NCBI GenBank assembly: GCA_964270895.1
Contig: OZ185438.1
Direction: 5' to 3' (one strand)
Length of the DNA stretch: 64,000 bases
DNA from: Podarcis filfolensis
Taxonomy: Eukaryota
Under the pieces are notes generated by a model. It saw only the letters and a list, made by a program, of their open reading frames with translations. It did not search any database and was not told where the DNA came from. Shown here piece after piece: positions 24,995 to 38,059 of this stretch. Position 1 is the stretch's first letter; each line of letters opens with the position of its first letter. The position numbers and the translations under genes were made by a program.

Positions 24995-26590
24995 TTTAAG
25001 CAAGAGAGATCTTGCAGGGTTAAAACCCAGGACCATTTAAACAACTATAGTATGAAAAAGCTGGAAACAATATAAAACACATGGGACCACGAAAGACAAG
25101 TAAATTACTGTGTTGATCTGAGAAGAGGAACTGAAGGTGTCACTTCAGCTCCAATCAAAAGACTTGGCTTTAGGCCAGAACATCACAGGTTCAGCTTTCA
25201 TGCCATCATTAAGGCTTGTCCCCAGGATTCAGTATAGCATTAAAAACAGCATCTTCTGGATTTGAAACAATGGCTGATTCTCTCTCTCTCTCTCCCATCC
25301 TAAAATTAATAAAATGGATGTGGGTGCTAACTTTCCAACATATTCTTTAGGGCAAAAAAACAATCCAGTGAAACAGGCATTTTTACATTAATTTATCATT
25401 ATTTTTGTTGGACTCTATACAAAAAAAGTAGTATGAAAACCACCCCAAATGTGATAGCCTGAAGCTGAATCTGGAAATGTGATGAAGCTATGCATGAAAT
25501 GTAGCAAAATCTTGAGACTGCAGACAGACTGAAACAATCATTCAGTTAATAAATAATCTGTGCTGCTAAAATAAAAGAAACAAAGAGAGAAATGTACAAC
25601 TGTTTCCCCCCACCCCACCCTGCTTATGTGTGCAGTGAACCTCCGAATGCATGATCCTTCTTACTGATAATTTTTACATAGAGGAGCCGTCTTCTGCACC
25701 CCTTTTCCTTCCACCTTTCATTTGGAAACAAAAGGATTAGACCAGGAGGCAAGGAACAGAAACATTGCCACTTAGATCTGACACTACGCTATAATGGCTG
25801 CGTTGTGGTCTTGAAACTTCAGTACAGCCTTCTGGAATGGGGTCAATGGCCCTTCTAATTCAGCGTTCTGCTCTCACAGTAGCCACGCCTATAAGACCCT
25901 GCAAGTAGGACCCAAGTGCAAGAGCGCCCTCCCCCCTGTAGTTTTGATCAACTGGTATTCAGAAGCACACCACTTTCAATCATGAGGCAAGGATGTGGCT
26001 GTGAGACCATTAACTTGGGGAGTGGGCAACATTAGCATATCATGCATGCCTTTTGCCAGTCTTCACTGGTTCCCAGTCTATTTTCACAGCTTGAGGCCAG
26101 GGTACCTTAGGAAGCAATCTATCCATATGTACGGTACCTACCTACTCATATCTTGAAAACCCCAGGGAGGCTTCCAGGTGAAGCTCTTCTCTTCCCCATG
26201 TCTTTACTCTGTCATGGTTTTAAGCTTTAAGCTTCAGGGTGAGTCTGCATTGGGAGTACTTCAAAGACCAAGCACTGTCTGAGAGTACCTCTGTGACACA
26301 GAATGCCCTTCCAAGTTCCCAATTTAGTATTTTTGTGTGGAGATGTTTCACAAAAAAAAACCCCCCAGTCTTACTACACAGATGGGGGCGGTGGAGGGCT
26401 TTCCTTTTCTGTAAGATACTCTGTAAATTTCATTAGCCCAGAATAAAAAGAGCTTTAATAAATACTAGAACTAAATTATTGGTAGCGTTTCCCAAGCCAC
26501 ACTTCACCTTATAGGAAAGAAGTAAAAATACCTAGAAGTAGTTAACAAGCTTCATTTAGGAGTCTCTCCATTTGACCACAACTATTAGTG

Positions 26591-26659
26591 CCTGGCGTGC
26601 TCTGGTCCATGGAGTCATGAAGAGTCGGACACGATTAAACGACTAAACAACAACAACAA
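26591..26659 (+). mobile_element. BovB (RTE) LINE extreme 3' end
   Basis: CCTGGCGTGCTCTGGTCCATGGAGTCATGAAGAGTCGGACACGATTAAACGACTAAAC(AAC)n resembles the BovB terminus as I recall it. Confidence 0.8.
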
Positions 26660-26689
26660 TTAGGCATGAGGTGCTTCCCTTTTAAAATA

Positions 26690-26931
26690 CAGTGGTACCT
26701 CGGGTTAAGAACTTAATTCATTCTGGAGGCCCGTTCTTAACCTGAAACCATTCTTAACCTGAGGTACCACTTTAGCTAATGGGGCCTCCTGCTGCCGCCG
26801 CACCACCACCACGTGATTTCTGTTCTCATCCTGAAGCAAAGTTTTTAACCCGAGGTAATATTTCTGGGTTAGCGGAGTCTATAACTTGAAGCGTCTGTAA
26901 CCTGAAGCATCTGTAACCTGAGGTACCACTG
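26690..26931. mobile_element. Tc1/mariner (Tigger-like) MITE
   Basis: TA|CAGTGGTACCTC...GAGGTACCACTG|TA. Confidence 0.92.
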
Positions 26932-28238
26932 TAGTCTGTATTTCATGATGGTAGTTGATGGAATAAATACAAATATTTTCAATTACTTCAGATCTTGGGA
27001 CCAAATGTACTCCTATGTTACATGCACACTCAACATTAAACCATCAGGGTAGACTCATGTCAAGGTGGCAGATTTAATGTCAAACACTGATGCTTCCAAA
27101 TGTAGGAAATAATAAGGGATGGAATAATGGATTACCCCCCCCGCCCCAGTTTGCAGTGCTTAGATGTATTATGAAGAAAATTCCATGCCCTAAAATTTTT
27201 ATTTTACTCAAAATGCAAATGGCCACATTACTGCAACTTTATGCACGAATTTTGCACTTGCACAGGCCCACATTAATCAGACTAGGCTCTCAAAGCCACA
27301 GCCTTGATAGGCACAGACTCAGAAATGGATTATTTTAACTGCTTACTCTCCACAAAAAATGGTATTTCCTTTATTTGACTAGAACTGCACATATAATTTA
27401 CAGAAAAATGACTTGGCTCTTGAGTTTCCAGTTTTCCATGCTTCCACAACAGTCTGTGATTTTTTAAAAGTCCTAATGTGAATTCATCTGCATTTGAGTA
27501 TTCATTTCTCCTAATATAAACAAATTTGTATGCCATCTTGCCTAATATAAACAATTTAATGAGCAATTTTCCATAACAGAATCTGTTTTGTATGTTATTT
27601 TCACTTAATATATATATACATACACATTTCTGGCTGGAGAACTACACTGTAAAATGTGGAAAATCACAAATTTCAATGGATATCTGTCTTTTAATTCATG
27701 TATTGTTTCAGGAAGTGTAAATTGGGTAGAGCTGTATTAAAATGTGAGCCAAGCCAAATTTCTCACACATCCCTACAACCTCGATAACAAATTCTGAAGT
27801 AAAACTGCATGGTTCTGAGAAAGAAAATCCCCCCCCCCGCAAAAAAATATTATGATCCAGTCAGAACCCTTAAAACATTTTCTCAACTGATCTCCCACAT
27901 GGCTCATAAATACTGATCCATAGCTCTGTCAAGCCAAGAAGAGTTTGCTAGTCACTAATCTGACTTTATCAGTGAATGCTACAGTATTACCAGTAATAGA
28001 AATATTATTAAATCAAAAATCTAAGTGCAAGATTTGGAATTTTTAAAAGCAAATACTTTAGAATCTATTTTTAAAAAACCATTTATAAGCTGTCTTTCTG
28101 TTCAAAGTCCCCCAGGATGGTTAACAAATCAAAAGTTAAAAAATAGAACAATAAAAAAGAAGGAACAACTGCCAACCCCCCCTCCCCTGCAAAACACACA
28201 CACATCAACATCGCCTGATAAAATAGTATAGTCTTTAC

Positions 28239-28374
28239 CAGGCTTCCTCAACCTCAGCCCTCCAGATGTTTTGAGACTACAATTCCCAGCATCCCTGACC
28301 ACTGGTCCTGCTAGCTAGGGATCATGGGAGTTGTAGGTCAAAAACATCTGGAGGGCCGAGGCTGAGGAAGCCTG
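28239..28374. mobile_element. hAT-type palindromic MITE (136 bp)
   Basis: TIRs CAGGCTTCCTCA / TGAGGAAGCCTG with a long internal self-complementary CCCTCCAGATGTTTT / AAAACATCTGGAGGG. Confidence 0.85.
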
Positions 28375-28665
28375 GTCAAGACTATACTATTTTATCAGGC
28401 GATGGTTGATGTGTGTGTGTCTTGACTGTCTGGCCCAAGGCCTGCATATGGTGGGTGGACAATCCTTCAAGGGAGCACCATGGGAAGGGGGGGACGATCC
28501 AAATCAAATCACTGCCAACCACAATGATGAGGGTGGCAAGATCTGAAACATTAGATTACCTCAACAAGTGGGGAGGGTCATTTGTTTATCTTGTGGCCAT
28601 CATATTTAGCTGCAGCATGGATAGAAGTGGCCTGAGCCAACATAGTCTTTGTACAGGATTCAGTA

Positions 28666-29276
28666 CAGTGGTACCTTGGTTCTCAAACGCCAAAAACCCG
28701 GAAGTTGAATGTCCGATGTGGCTGTCGGCTATTGTTTCCGGGGCGCCTGCTCCAATCAGAAGCTGAACCTTGGTTTTGGAACATTTCGGAAGTCAAATGA
28801 CTTCTGGAATGGATTAAGTTTGGTGCTTTTGTTTTTGCTGTTTATTTTGAGTTTTTGTTTTTGAGGCTTTTTCGGTTAAATTGTTTTTGTGACTGTGTGG
28901 AACCCAGTTCAGCTACTGATTGATTGATTGATTGATTGTGACTGTGGAAATGGATAAAAGTCCCCCATCCAAACAATGACTATCATCAGTGAAGATAAGA
29001 GAAAAAATGTAATTTTAATTTTTACCATCTACAATACTGTCTTATTTATTTTATAGTACAGTACATTGATTATTGCTTTCATTTTATGGATCAATGGTCT
29101 TGTTAGATAGTTAAATTCATGTGAAATTGCTGCTTTAGGGGTTGTTTTTAAAAGTCTGGAACGGATTAATCCGTTTTGCATTACTTTCTATGGGAAAGCA
29201 CACCTTGGTTTTGGAACGCTTTGGTTTTGGAACGGACTTCCGGAACGGATTAAGTTTGAGAACCAAGGTACCACTG
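28666..29276. mobile_element. Tc1/mariner (Tigger-like) non-autonomous element
   Basis: TA on both sides, perfect 23-bp TIRs CAGTGGTACCTTGGTTCTCAAAC and an internal (GATT)n. Confidence 0.93.
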
Positions 29277-30049
29277 TATTTCTCAGATGTTGGTAGGTGG
29301 TGGGCAGAAGGGGACAAGATACGAGTAAAATATGCCTCTTCTATAACATCTTAATAGTAGGGTAAGCAGAGCCCCTGCAGAAGTTGTAAAACGTGCAGAA
29401 CTGCTACCAGTAAATGGGAAATAGAGTCCAACTTCATTCTCATTGCCCTGCTACACAGATGTTGTGCCCACTCTTCTGTTCATTGAACCTGTGTTCATGA
29501 TGTTATGGGATAGTGCAGCTGCTGTATGCTGATTTGCTCTTGTGCCATGCATCAGAACTGGGCCATTATACTGTTTCGTTTCGGTTAGAAATGAATTTCT
29601 GATTCTCTTCCTCCATCACCTCTCTTGCAATAAAAACAACAACGAAGCAGCTATTTTTTATTTGAATAAACAGTTCTTATTAGTGGTTCAGATATGGATG
29701 AAATATATTGCTACAGCCATGTTTGTTATGTATGATTTACACTGTTTAACGGCATATCATCTTATGATGTTCTTAATTTTGTTATGCTTGGGGGGGAAGG
29801 GTTGTTTAGTTTCAAGCATTTAGTCATGGATGCTTGTATTTTGAACTTTGAAAAAATTAATACAAAGGAAATTAAAAAAAGAAAAAGAAAGTATTTTCAA
29901 AATGATGTGGAAATCAAATCTATCCCACAGTAATTTGATTTGCAGGAAATGGAGAGAAAAGCATTGCAAAACAGAATGCCTTGAAGTGCATTGTAATTAC
30001 TTACATGTGCAAACACCATTGTCTTAGGCATACAGTTAATAACAACAGC

Positions 30050-30200
30050 AATAATAATTCTATGCCCTTATATAGGGACATTCATTCAAGGAGCTTGAGG
30101 CTCTTGGCAAACATTCATTAATTAAGCCTCAAAATGTACATGGAGAGGTAGAGAGGTAATATCCCCTTTTACAGATGAAATGCCAAGGAACTGCAGACCA
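30050..30200 (-). mobile_element. Ancient MIR-type SINE relic
   Basis: CATTCATTAATTAAGCCTCA...GGTAATATCCCCTTTTACAGATGAAA resembles the MIR core ATCCCCATTTTACAGATGAGGAAAC. Confidence 0.5.
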
Positions 30201-32174
30201 GGACTCAGGGATATACTGGAGTTAATGTCTAGCACAGATGAGTTCAGCTGCAAAGTACAGAGTTGGAAAAGGCTTGCCCTCTACTGAGGAGTATGTTCAT
30301 GTTGCAGAATTTGCTGCTGCACACCCTGAAAAGCTGCAGTGTGACTGAGTAATCTGGTATTTACTGCAAGCAATGAAAGTTTCAGTCATTACTAATGTTT
30401 GGAGCATAAAGGAAAGCAGCAACAACCACAAGAACTCCACCACAAAACCATGTGAAACAAACCTCAGACTGAAAAATAAAGGCAAAACTTGTATAATGGC
30501 AGATTAATTTTGCTATTAGTGTTTCTGAAATGTGAAGCTCTCAGCCATTTTCATAGGCTGTGAATGGGTGCTAAAATATTTCAGACAGCTCCAGCAAAAT
30601 GACTTAATCTAATCATGTGTTCATTCTCAGAGCCAAAAAGAGAGAGCTTTATATTTTACTCCTTATCTTTGCCCCTTAAGCCAATTCTTCCTCTTTGTCT
30701 CTTATATTCCACTGTACTCTTGTTTACAACACCAGAAGCAGCACTCTAGATTCTATAAAGATAAGAATCCTGTTTTGCAACCAAGTAAGTCAAAATGCTA
30801 CGCTTACAAATAAATTGTGCACAGTAACCAAATTTCCTTATATTTATGTATTCTACACAAATAATTCAGCTTCCAAGAGTCAGTTTTCCACAGCATCAGA
30901 GAGTAGAGAATAGTAGCCATGGAAAACAGAGATACAGGACTGGTTCACATGGAACATAAACTATGGTTTTGTCATCTTCATGCATGTGTTCTCCCTCCTC
31001 CCATGTTATGCATCAATAATTTATTACATGATGTGATTTGCTACCCACTTTCCTTGTTTGGACAAAATAGAGTTTGCTCTTGCACTTGAAACAGCAAAAC
31101 ACTGTTTCGGTGTTTGAAATGAGTTTCCAATTCTGGTTGGGAGGAAAAGTGCAAGTTTCTCCCTCCCACGAACACACAACTAGAGGCTCATAAGGGTGAG
31201 GTGTGGGGCAGTCACTTGCAAAACTTGCTTGCCCTGTGTGATGTCAGGATTGCAAGCCCATGCTCCTTTAGGGTGGGTCGATCTGATCCCATCTGTGAAG
31301 GCAGGGCCTGGTTCTAGGTTACAAGACTGTACCCTTCTGTTCAGATACCTGTTCATCGGCTGCCACCTCCAGTTCTGCCTCCCCACCCCCACAGCTGCTC
31401 AAAGCTCTCTGTGAGGCTTTCCACTCTGCAGGAAAGTTGGGAGAGCGGAAACTGGCACTGGTTTTCCCCCTTCATAAGTGGTTGAAGTCAGAGCTGAAAG
31501 GGGAGATCACCCCTCCTGCAACCAAGATTCCTACTATTCAGTCCCCCCACCATTTCTTCTTCCTCCTCCTGTGTCAGAGGCTACCAATCTAAACCCAATC
31601 CCAAATGAACTCATGACACCAACCGCATTTTACTCCAAACTGAATAGGATACAGGAGCACATGAGTGATGAAAACAGAGAGGGACAGAAGGGAATCTGCA
31701 AGTCTCAGGCTTAGACCCAATAGCCAAACCATGGTGTGAGACGCCGTGGCCATTCTTATTTGGAGTGCACCTGGCATGAGAAGATGGGGTGCAGCAGTGG
31801 GGTCTTAAAAGTGTGAACAAAAGCCACTGCAGATCCTTGCCTTGGGCTCAAAGGATGATTTTGGTAGGCTGCATCCATCCAGTATGCTCAAAAAACTCCA
31901 GGTTCTCAAAATAACAGTAGGCCTTAAGAGAGGTCCCCCTGCCCAAGCCGTTAAGGAAACCTCTACTAGGCTGAAAAGGGGAATGACTTTGCCTCACAGA
32001 TGTGTAAGGACTCATGTGCTCAAAGCCAATAATTTATAGGTCCATTAAGTTGTGAGGGGGCAGGCTAAATATCATTGGGTGAAAAAATAGGGCTTGAGAC
32101 TGCATACTGTGAGAAATGTCTCCTGTCCTGAGGCCAAATTTTGTCTCCCTTTGGGCCTCAACATGAAGACAGAA

Positions 32175-32250
32175 CATAGAATCACATAGACAAAACACAG
32201 AATCACAGAATTCATCATGTCCAACCCTTTGCTGACGCAGGAAACTTATT
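32175..32250 (-). mobile_element. CR1 3' tail fragment
   Basis: CATAGAATCACATAGA...CACAGAATCACAGAATT..CATGTCCAACCC, the reverse complement of the CR1 (ATTCTRTG)n end. Confidence 0.55.
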
Positions 32251-32251
32251 A

Positions 32252-32415
32252 CAGTGGTACCTCAGAAGTTGACAGGAATCCATTCCGGAAGTACAGTCGA
32301 CTTCCAAAATGTTTGGAAACTAAGGCGCAGCTTCTGATTGGCTGCAAGAAGCTCCTGCAGCCAATTGGAAGCCACATCGGACGTTTGGGTTCCAAAGAAT
32401 GTTTGCAAACTGGAC
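32252..32415. mobile_element. Truncated Tigger-like MITE (left end only)
   Basis: TA|CAGTGGTACCTC, with internal sequence similar to 28666-28810 (TCCGGAAG, CTGATTGG). Confidence 0.7.
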
Positions 32416-33559
32416 CCCCTGCTCCCTACACAAAAGTTTTCTGGCATGCCTCAGGGTCTCTTCTCAGTATACTAACTCATTCTAGCATTTCCCCTTCAGC
32501 ATAATGACCCTGGTGTCTGACTCCCCTTCTCCAGGGGATGAGGCAGGGAATTCAGAGTGGGAGAGGAAAGTTTCTTCAGGAAATGAAGAGGCTTCTCTCG
32601 CAGAAGGTAGAGCTACCTAATGGGATACAGCTGCAGTTTCTATTTACGGTTCAGACTATGGATGACTGCTGTTAGATTAACACTGGAATTCTGCCTTTAA
32701 AGAGATTCCAGAATGAGTCCTGCACACGGATGTCTAGGGTGCCCCTGAAGCCCTGCCTCTAAGGCCATCATTCAAAACAGAACATCCACAGATGTTTGTG
32801 CTCTCTGTATTTTGACACTAGTCATCAATGTTTTGCTAACACAGAAGATTATTGCCCATTAGTACTGCATTAAGCTGGAGACTGGATACAGGATTTGATC
32901 TGGCAGCAGGCTTCTGTGTAATTCACAACATTATTTAAAACAGGTTCAGGTATGGGAAACCACCTAAAAGCTACAGAGGTAATGAATAATTGCTTTATGT
33001 TTTCAGTATTTTACCCTGTAACGATAAAACAGATACAAAAATCACACATTGCAGGGAAGTGGGAACTGTACAAAGAGAAAGAGTATAGATAATCACTGGT
33101 AGATCAGAGTTTATAGAGGAAAAGAATGCAGGAGCACATTAAATTTGCCATAAACAAGGAGTTTCATACCACATCAGTGACTGCTACTATAATTCATTTG
33201 TCATATAAATTATGTCCATTGGGAAGTCTCATAAAATTAATTAGGGCAGAGACAGGGGAAAAACAAATCAAAAACTTCTCAGAACTGCAACAAATACAGG
33301 TTCTAGACAGAACAGCGTCAACAAGATCAGTCAAAATACTTATTCAATTCCCATGAGGCTAACATCCTCGTACAAAGAATTTTCCTGGCCTTATCAACTT
33401 GAAGGAAATTATACTGGTTGCTCTCAAGGACACAGTAATATTGAAATTTCAAAATTGAAAGCAACACAGCCTTATATGAATTACAAATTGAATGTATAAA
33501 AAAAAATCCATGAAATGCAGTTGGTTAGCTTATATGTTTAATAGAGCAAAGCAGACTTA

Positions 33560-33880
33560 TCACCTTTCTTTCAAGCCACTGCCCAACCCTTGCCATCCCC
33601 TCACCACCACTGCCCAGGATTTCTCAAGCTCCACTTCTAACCTAGACTATGTTGGCCCAGCAAAACTGTTATATACACTAGTTTCTGGTTGGAGAACATA
33701 CTCTTACTTCTGTATATTGTCAACCATCTCACTCTTACTCCTTACTGAATCTGACATTAACTATGTGCAGGTGCATTAGCTCATTATACTTTCTCTGTTA
33801 TCCTTGCCTCTTTTGTCTCCTGCTCCCACGTCCATGTTATCTCCCTCACTGCTAAAATGCACTTTGAAGGCAAGGGACCT
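33560..33880 (+). mobile_element. Ancient L2 3' region
   Basis: Pyrimidine-rich decayed segment ending CACTTTGAAGGCAAGGGACC, resembling the L2 end TGTAAGCTCCTTGAGGGCAGGGACC. Confidence 0.4.
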
Positions 33881-34398
33881 GTTTTTTTGTTTTGTTTTTT
33901 GCTTGTGTTACTCTGTACACCTCGAGAGTCATAGCTCTTAAACCAGTGCATCCTCAGTATTTCTAGTAATTGCTCTCGTTAGAGCTCTGCCATATTTCAG
34001 TCTGTCTTGCAGCATCCCAGAAATTAGTCTTTTTAAAACAGACTCTGAATGACACGCCAGATCTCATAAGGTGATTGCGTGAAGCTGACAAATGTCAATG
34101 GCAGAATAGTCTCATTCTGCCAAACCCCTTTTGTTCCCGATTTAATCTCAGTTTGAACCCATCTCTCTTCAGGTGAACAGCTATTACATTTTGCTGTGGA
34201 CCTGAGGTTTAGGGTGCTAAGAGGTTCTAAAGGTATACAAATGTCAGCTATTCATCTATCTCCAACTGGATATGGTAAAAAATGAGTTGCCAAAAGGATT
34301 TTCTGCTGTGAATCAACAGGTGGTTTGGCAGCAAGACTAATGCTTGCTTGCAGCTTTTCACTTTTAGTTCCAGAAAAGGTGGGTGGGGGAAACAATAC

Positions 34399-34518
34399 CT
34401 CTTAAATGCAGCATTTCAAGCCAACTGTATGGAAAAGAAGGTTTCATTCCCGCCAACTCGCCCTGTCTCTTGCAACATGGAACGAAATATTCCAGCTGAT
34501 GCTGCTCTCCTCTTCAAG
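34399..34518 (-). other. Candidate exon of the minus-strand gene (UTR or coding)
   Basis: Long pyrimidine tract TTCTCTTTTGTTTTCTCTTTGTTTCCAAATCTGTACCCTTGTAG| and donor AG|GTATTG, 120 nt in all. One frame is open after its first codon (RGEQHQLEYFVPCCKRQGELAGMKPSFPYSWLEMLHLR). Confidence 0.35.
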
Positions 34519-36715
34519 CTACAAGGGTACAGATTTGGAAACAAAGAGAAAACAAAAGAGAAAGGAAGAACATTATGGAATACAATTTGCTTTGCATAAA
34601 TTATAAATATGGCGTAAAATGGCTACATGGGGTGAAACACAGCAAATTTATTTCACCACTGCCATATACAATTTATATTCCTCATAGGTATTTATCAGTA
34701 TTTCTAACTGGCATACACCAGGAAGGAGAAACATTCTAGATCCCACATCAAATACACAACATTTAATTTGTTCTAGATTAAATACAAAACACTTTAAAAA
34801 ACAGTGTTATAAAAGACGTAAAGGAAATCCATAGGCATATGGACAAATCTATGCAACAAAAAATGGACAAAGAGAAACAAAATAACGAAAAATTACTTGG
34901 TACATGAAAACAATTTGTTGAAATGCCATGAAATTTATCATGTCTCTTATAGAGTGGGTGCTATGCCCTTCTACTCAGAGCTTAATCTAATATTGGGGAA
35001 AACTTGTATTTGAAAATCTGTAGTACTTATTAACCTTTTCAGAAATCTTTTCACTATTTTGAAAGCCCCCCCCCCCAATTATGTGGCCATTTAAAATTAT
35101 CCAAACAATGCTAATGTCTATTTTACATTATATAAAGAAAATTATTTAACATTCTCAGAATGCACCTAATTTTATCCTTCAGACTAATGATGTGTTCTTA
35201 AAATAAATGTTAAATCTCTTAAGAAACTTCAGTGGAAACCCTTTGGGAAAATCCAACCACATATGCCTATCACACCTCATAGGAGCTAACAGCTGTTAAT
35301 ATAGCAACTACATACAAAACAAATTCCACAGAATGGGCTTGAAGATCTTCCAATGTCTGAAGGGTCTTTTACATTTCAGACAATTTTTGTATCTATCTAA
35401 CTATAGCCGGATAGGCATATGACTTGAAAAAGGCAAGTAGAGTCAGGCCATCCATGAACTGGTCAGCTGCAACTCCTAGGTCATGATGAGAAAGGAACAA
35501 CCTTGGAGCCCAATCTAGATGATAGATAAAACACATGACTACAGAGGTGCAGCCGGGGTTGACAGAACACATAGGAAGGGACATCCATTGATGTCCTTAA
35601 TGAGGGAGCAAGGCTGATCTTGCTGCCGTCCTCGGGAAATGAGAGGTGATTAATTTGTTTTAGAATCTTTGATGGTTAAGCGCTTCTCAGTTTTGGATTG
35701 ACAAAAGTGTCACACAGCTTCACATACGTTGACCTCTTCATATAAGTCAGAGGGGTGAACCTCAAGACTCGGCCTGTCTATCTGGCCCTTGGAAGCATTC
35801 CCAGCCAACTTCCCTCATGAGCCACTTGCACCCCAAGTGTTTTTGCCTAGCTGGAATGCATCCTTGAATTCTAATAATACCGCTTGCTTTACTGGATAAA
35901 TGACAGAGAGGGACGTATCAGTGTGTGTATAAACTAGTCTGCTGTACAAAGGTAGAAGTTATATGAGCTGCCCCACCCACCCTTCTCTCTGGCACGTGGT
36001 TGCCCAGAAGGTAATGCAGTTCTTAGGCTGAAAAGGGTTATGTACCATGGATGAAAGTGAAAACCCCACTGGAATTCTGAAGTAAGTGGGGAAGTGGCAG
36101 TGATGCTGCTATGCTTGACCTCCTCACAATGAAAAATTTTAGGCCACTGGATTTCTCCCACTATATCTGTAGAAAAGCTTTACCACATTTTGTTTTGATA
36201 GGTTAAGAAGATTAGAAGTCAGGAATTATGTTCCTACATCACCAGATGTAAGAAACTGCTATTAAGTTTATCAGAACAATGCTAGAACAGCTAACAGAAA
36301 AGTTATTATCTTTTGTAACGCAACCATTTGAGGCCCATATTAGGGCATATTCAAAACTCTTTGAACAGCCCTGGACAAGATACTATAACATCAGTAGACG
36401 TAGACTGGGATACAAAGAATACCTGGGACATTAATCTGATGTTCACATGTGTGGTTGAGTCCCAAACAGATTTTTTTAAAAAAAGTAATAATGGACTTGC
36501 TTTTTTAAAAAACTGTTTTGCATAATCAAGCCCATATCATATATGGTGCACCATCAGAGGTTGATGCAAATCAGAATTGCAATGCAATTTTTTTAAAAGC
36601 AGCTTCGAGAATAAAAAGTAGAAATCTGGAGTGCAGAAACGGTAGTATGAGGTTGTGCTAACACCCGCCCCCCTATTTTACATTGCCTGCCCAATCTGTT
36701 TTCCTTCCTCTTGCA

Positions 36716-36850
36716 GCAGGAAGTGTGGAACCTGAGGCCCTTCAGATGTTGCTGGATGCTGACTTCCATCAACCCCTTCCAGCAAGGCCAATTGTCAGGA
36801 ATTATGAGAGTGATGGTCCAGGAATAACTGGAGGGCCGCAGATTCATCAC
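36716..36850. mobile_element. Degenerate hAT-type MITE
   Basis: GGAACCTGAGGCCCTTCAGATGTT...ACTGGAGGGCCGCAGATTC, with the same architecture as 28239-28374. Confidence 0.55.
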
Positions 36851-36891
36851 TAGCATCAAGAAGGTTTAAAATGAGTATTTGCTTGCGTTCT

Positions 36892-37025
36892 NNNNNNNNN
36901 NNNNNNNNNNNNNNNNNNNNNNNNNNNNNNNNNNNNNNNNNNNNNNNNNNNNNNNNNNNNNNNNNNNNNNNNNNNNNNNNNNNNNNNNNNNNNNNNNNNN
37001 NNNNNNNNNNNNNNNNNNNNNNNNN
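36892..37025. other. Assembly gap (134 N)
   Basis: Run of N. Confidence 1.
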
Positions 37026-38059
37026 ACATGCTCTTGCCCACTCCAGACTGTCATCAGGTACTGGGCCTCCTATATGATACAACTGGCTTGAACCTCTCTT
37101 TAAACACAATGTAGTACAGTACTGTGGAAACAAGAGGCTTACCAGAGCTATGTTGTTAAATAAACGGTGCATAGCATCATTGCTACTATCCTGTTTGATA
37201 ACAGACCCTTTGTAGGGTAGATATTTAGTTGAAATACTTGAACTCCATCAGATAAATAACAGACCAAAAGACAGAAAGGAAACTGAAGGCAGGGAGGTGA
37301 AGCTATCATCTGAGTGTTTTGTTTCTAAGTGTTGCCAGTCATAAAAGGACTTGACGTGCTAATATCTGTTCATTCAGACACTTACAGACATGCTAAGAGC
37401 ATGACGGCTCGCAGGCACTGCCTTTAAGTGCTGTTACTGAGGCCCCCAAATATTGACAGAGTGCCAGACTCTAAGAAACTATTGATGTACGCAGCCGACC
37501 TCTGCTCCAGACACCTATCAGACAGAATCTTTAAATGTCACAGATTAATGAATTTTCATGAAACTCTGTGGGTGGGTGTATGTGGGTGTGCACGTGCATG
37601 TGCATGTGTGTTTGATAGTAGGAAAGAAAAATTCAAAATAATCCCCCCTGAATCCTTACTCAAGTGGTCTTTATTATTTTGCAAAACTTTGACCCAAACT
37701 CAATATTTTTATTAAGGTGATACAGACTGAGAATGTTTGTGTGGGGTGTGTGTGTGTTAGGGGAGGAGAAGTACCTCTGGTGGGGGACACGCTATGCTCC
37801 TTCAGGGGTACTTTGTCCACCTTTGATCCCCCACCCTGCACTCAGCTCTCACATGTGGCTGCTAGAAGCTGTAATATGCAACAGCAGCTGCACCTTGGGA
37901 ATGGCCTTGATTGGCCAGTTAAACCAGATGAGGGCAGCCAATGGGTCTCAAACCCTCAGCGGATTAGGGGCTTCCTCTGCATACAAAGATAAACTCTGGG
38001 GGATTGAGTGGACAAGACCAATAGTGGGTCCAATGGTCAAGAAGGTTTCTGTACGTGCT

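Noticed and set aside
36636-36660. let-7-like stretch GGTAGTATGAGGTTGTG
   Set aside because: It needs a 3-nt insertion, lacks the TGAGGTAG seed and has no complementary star arm nearby.
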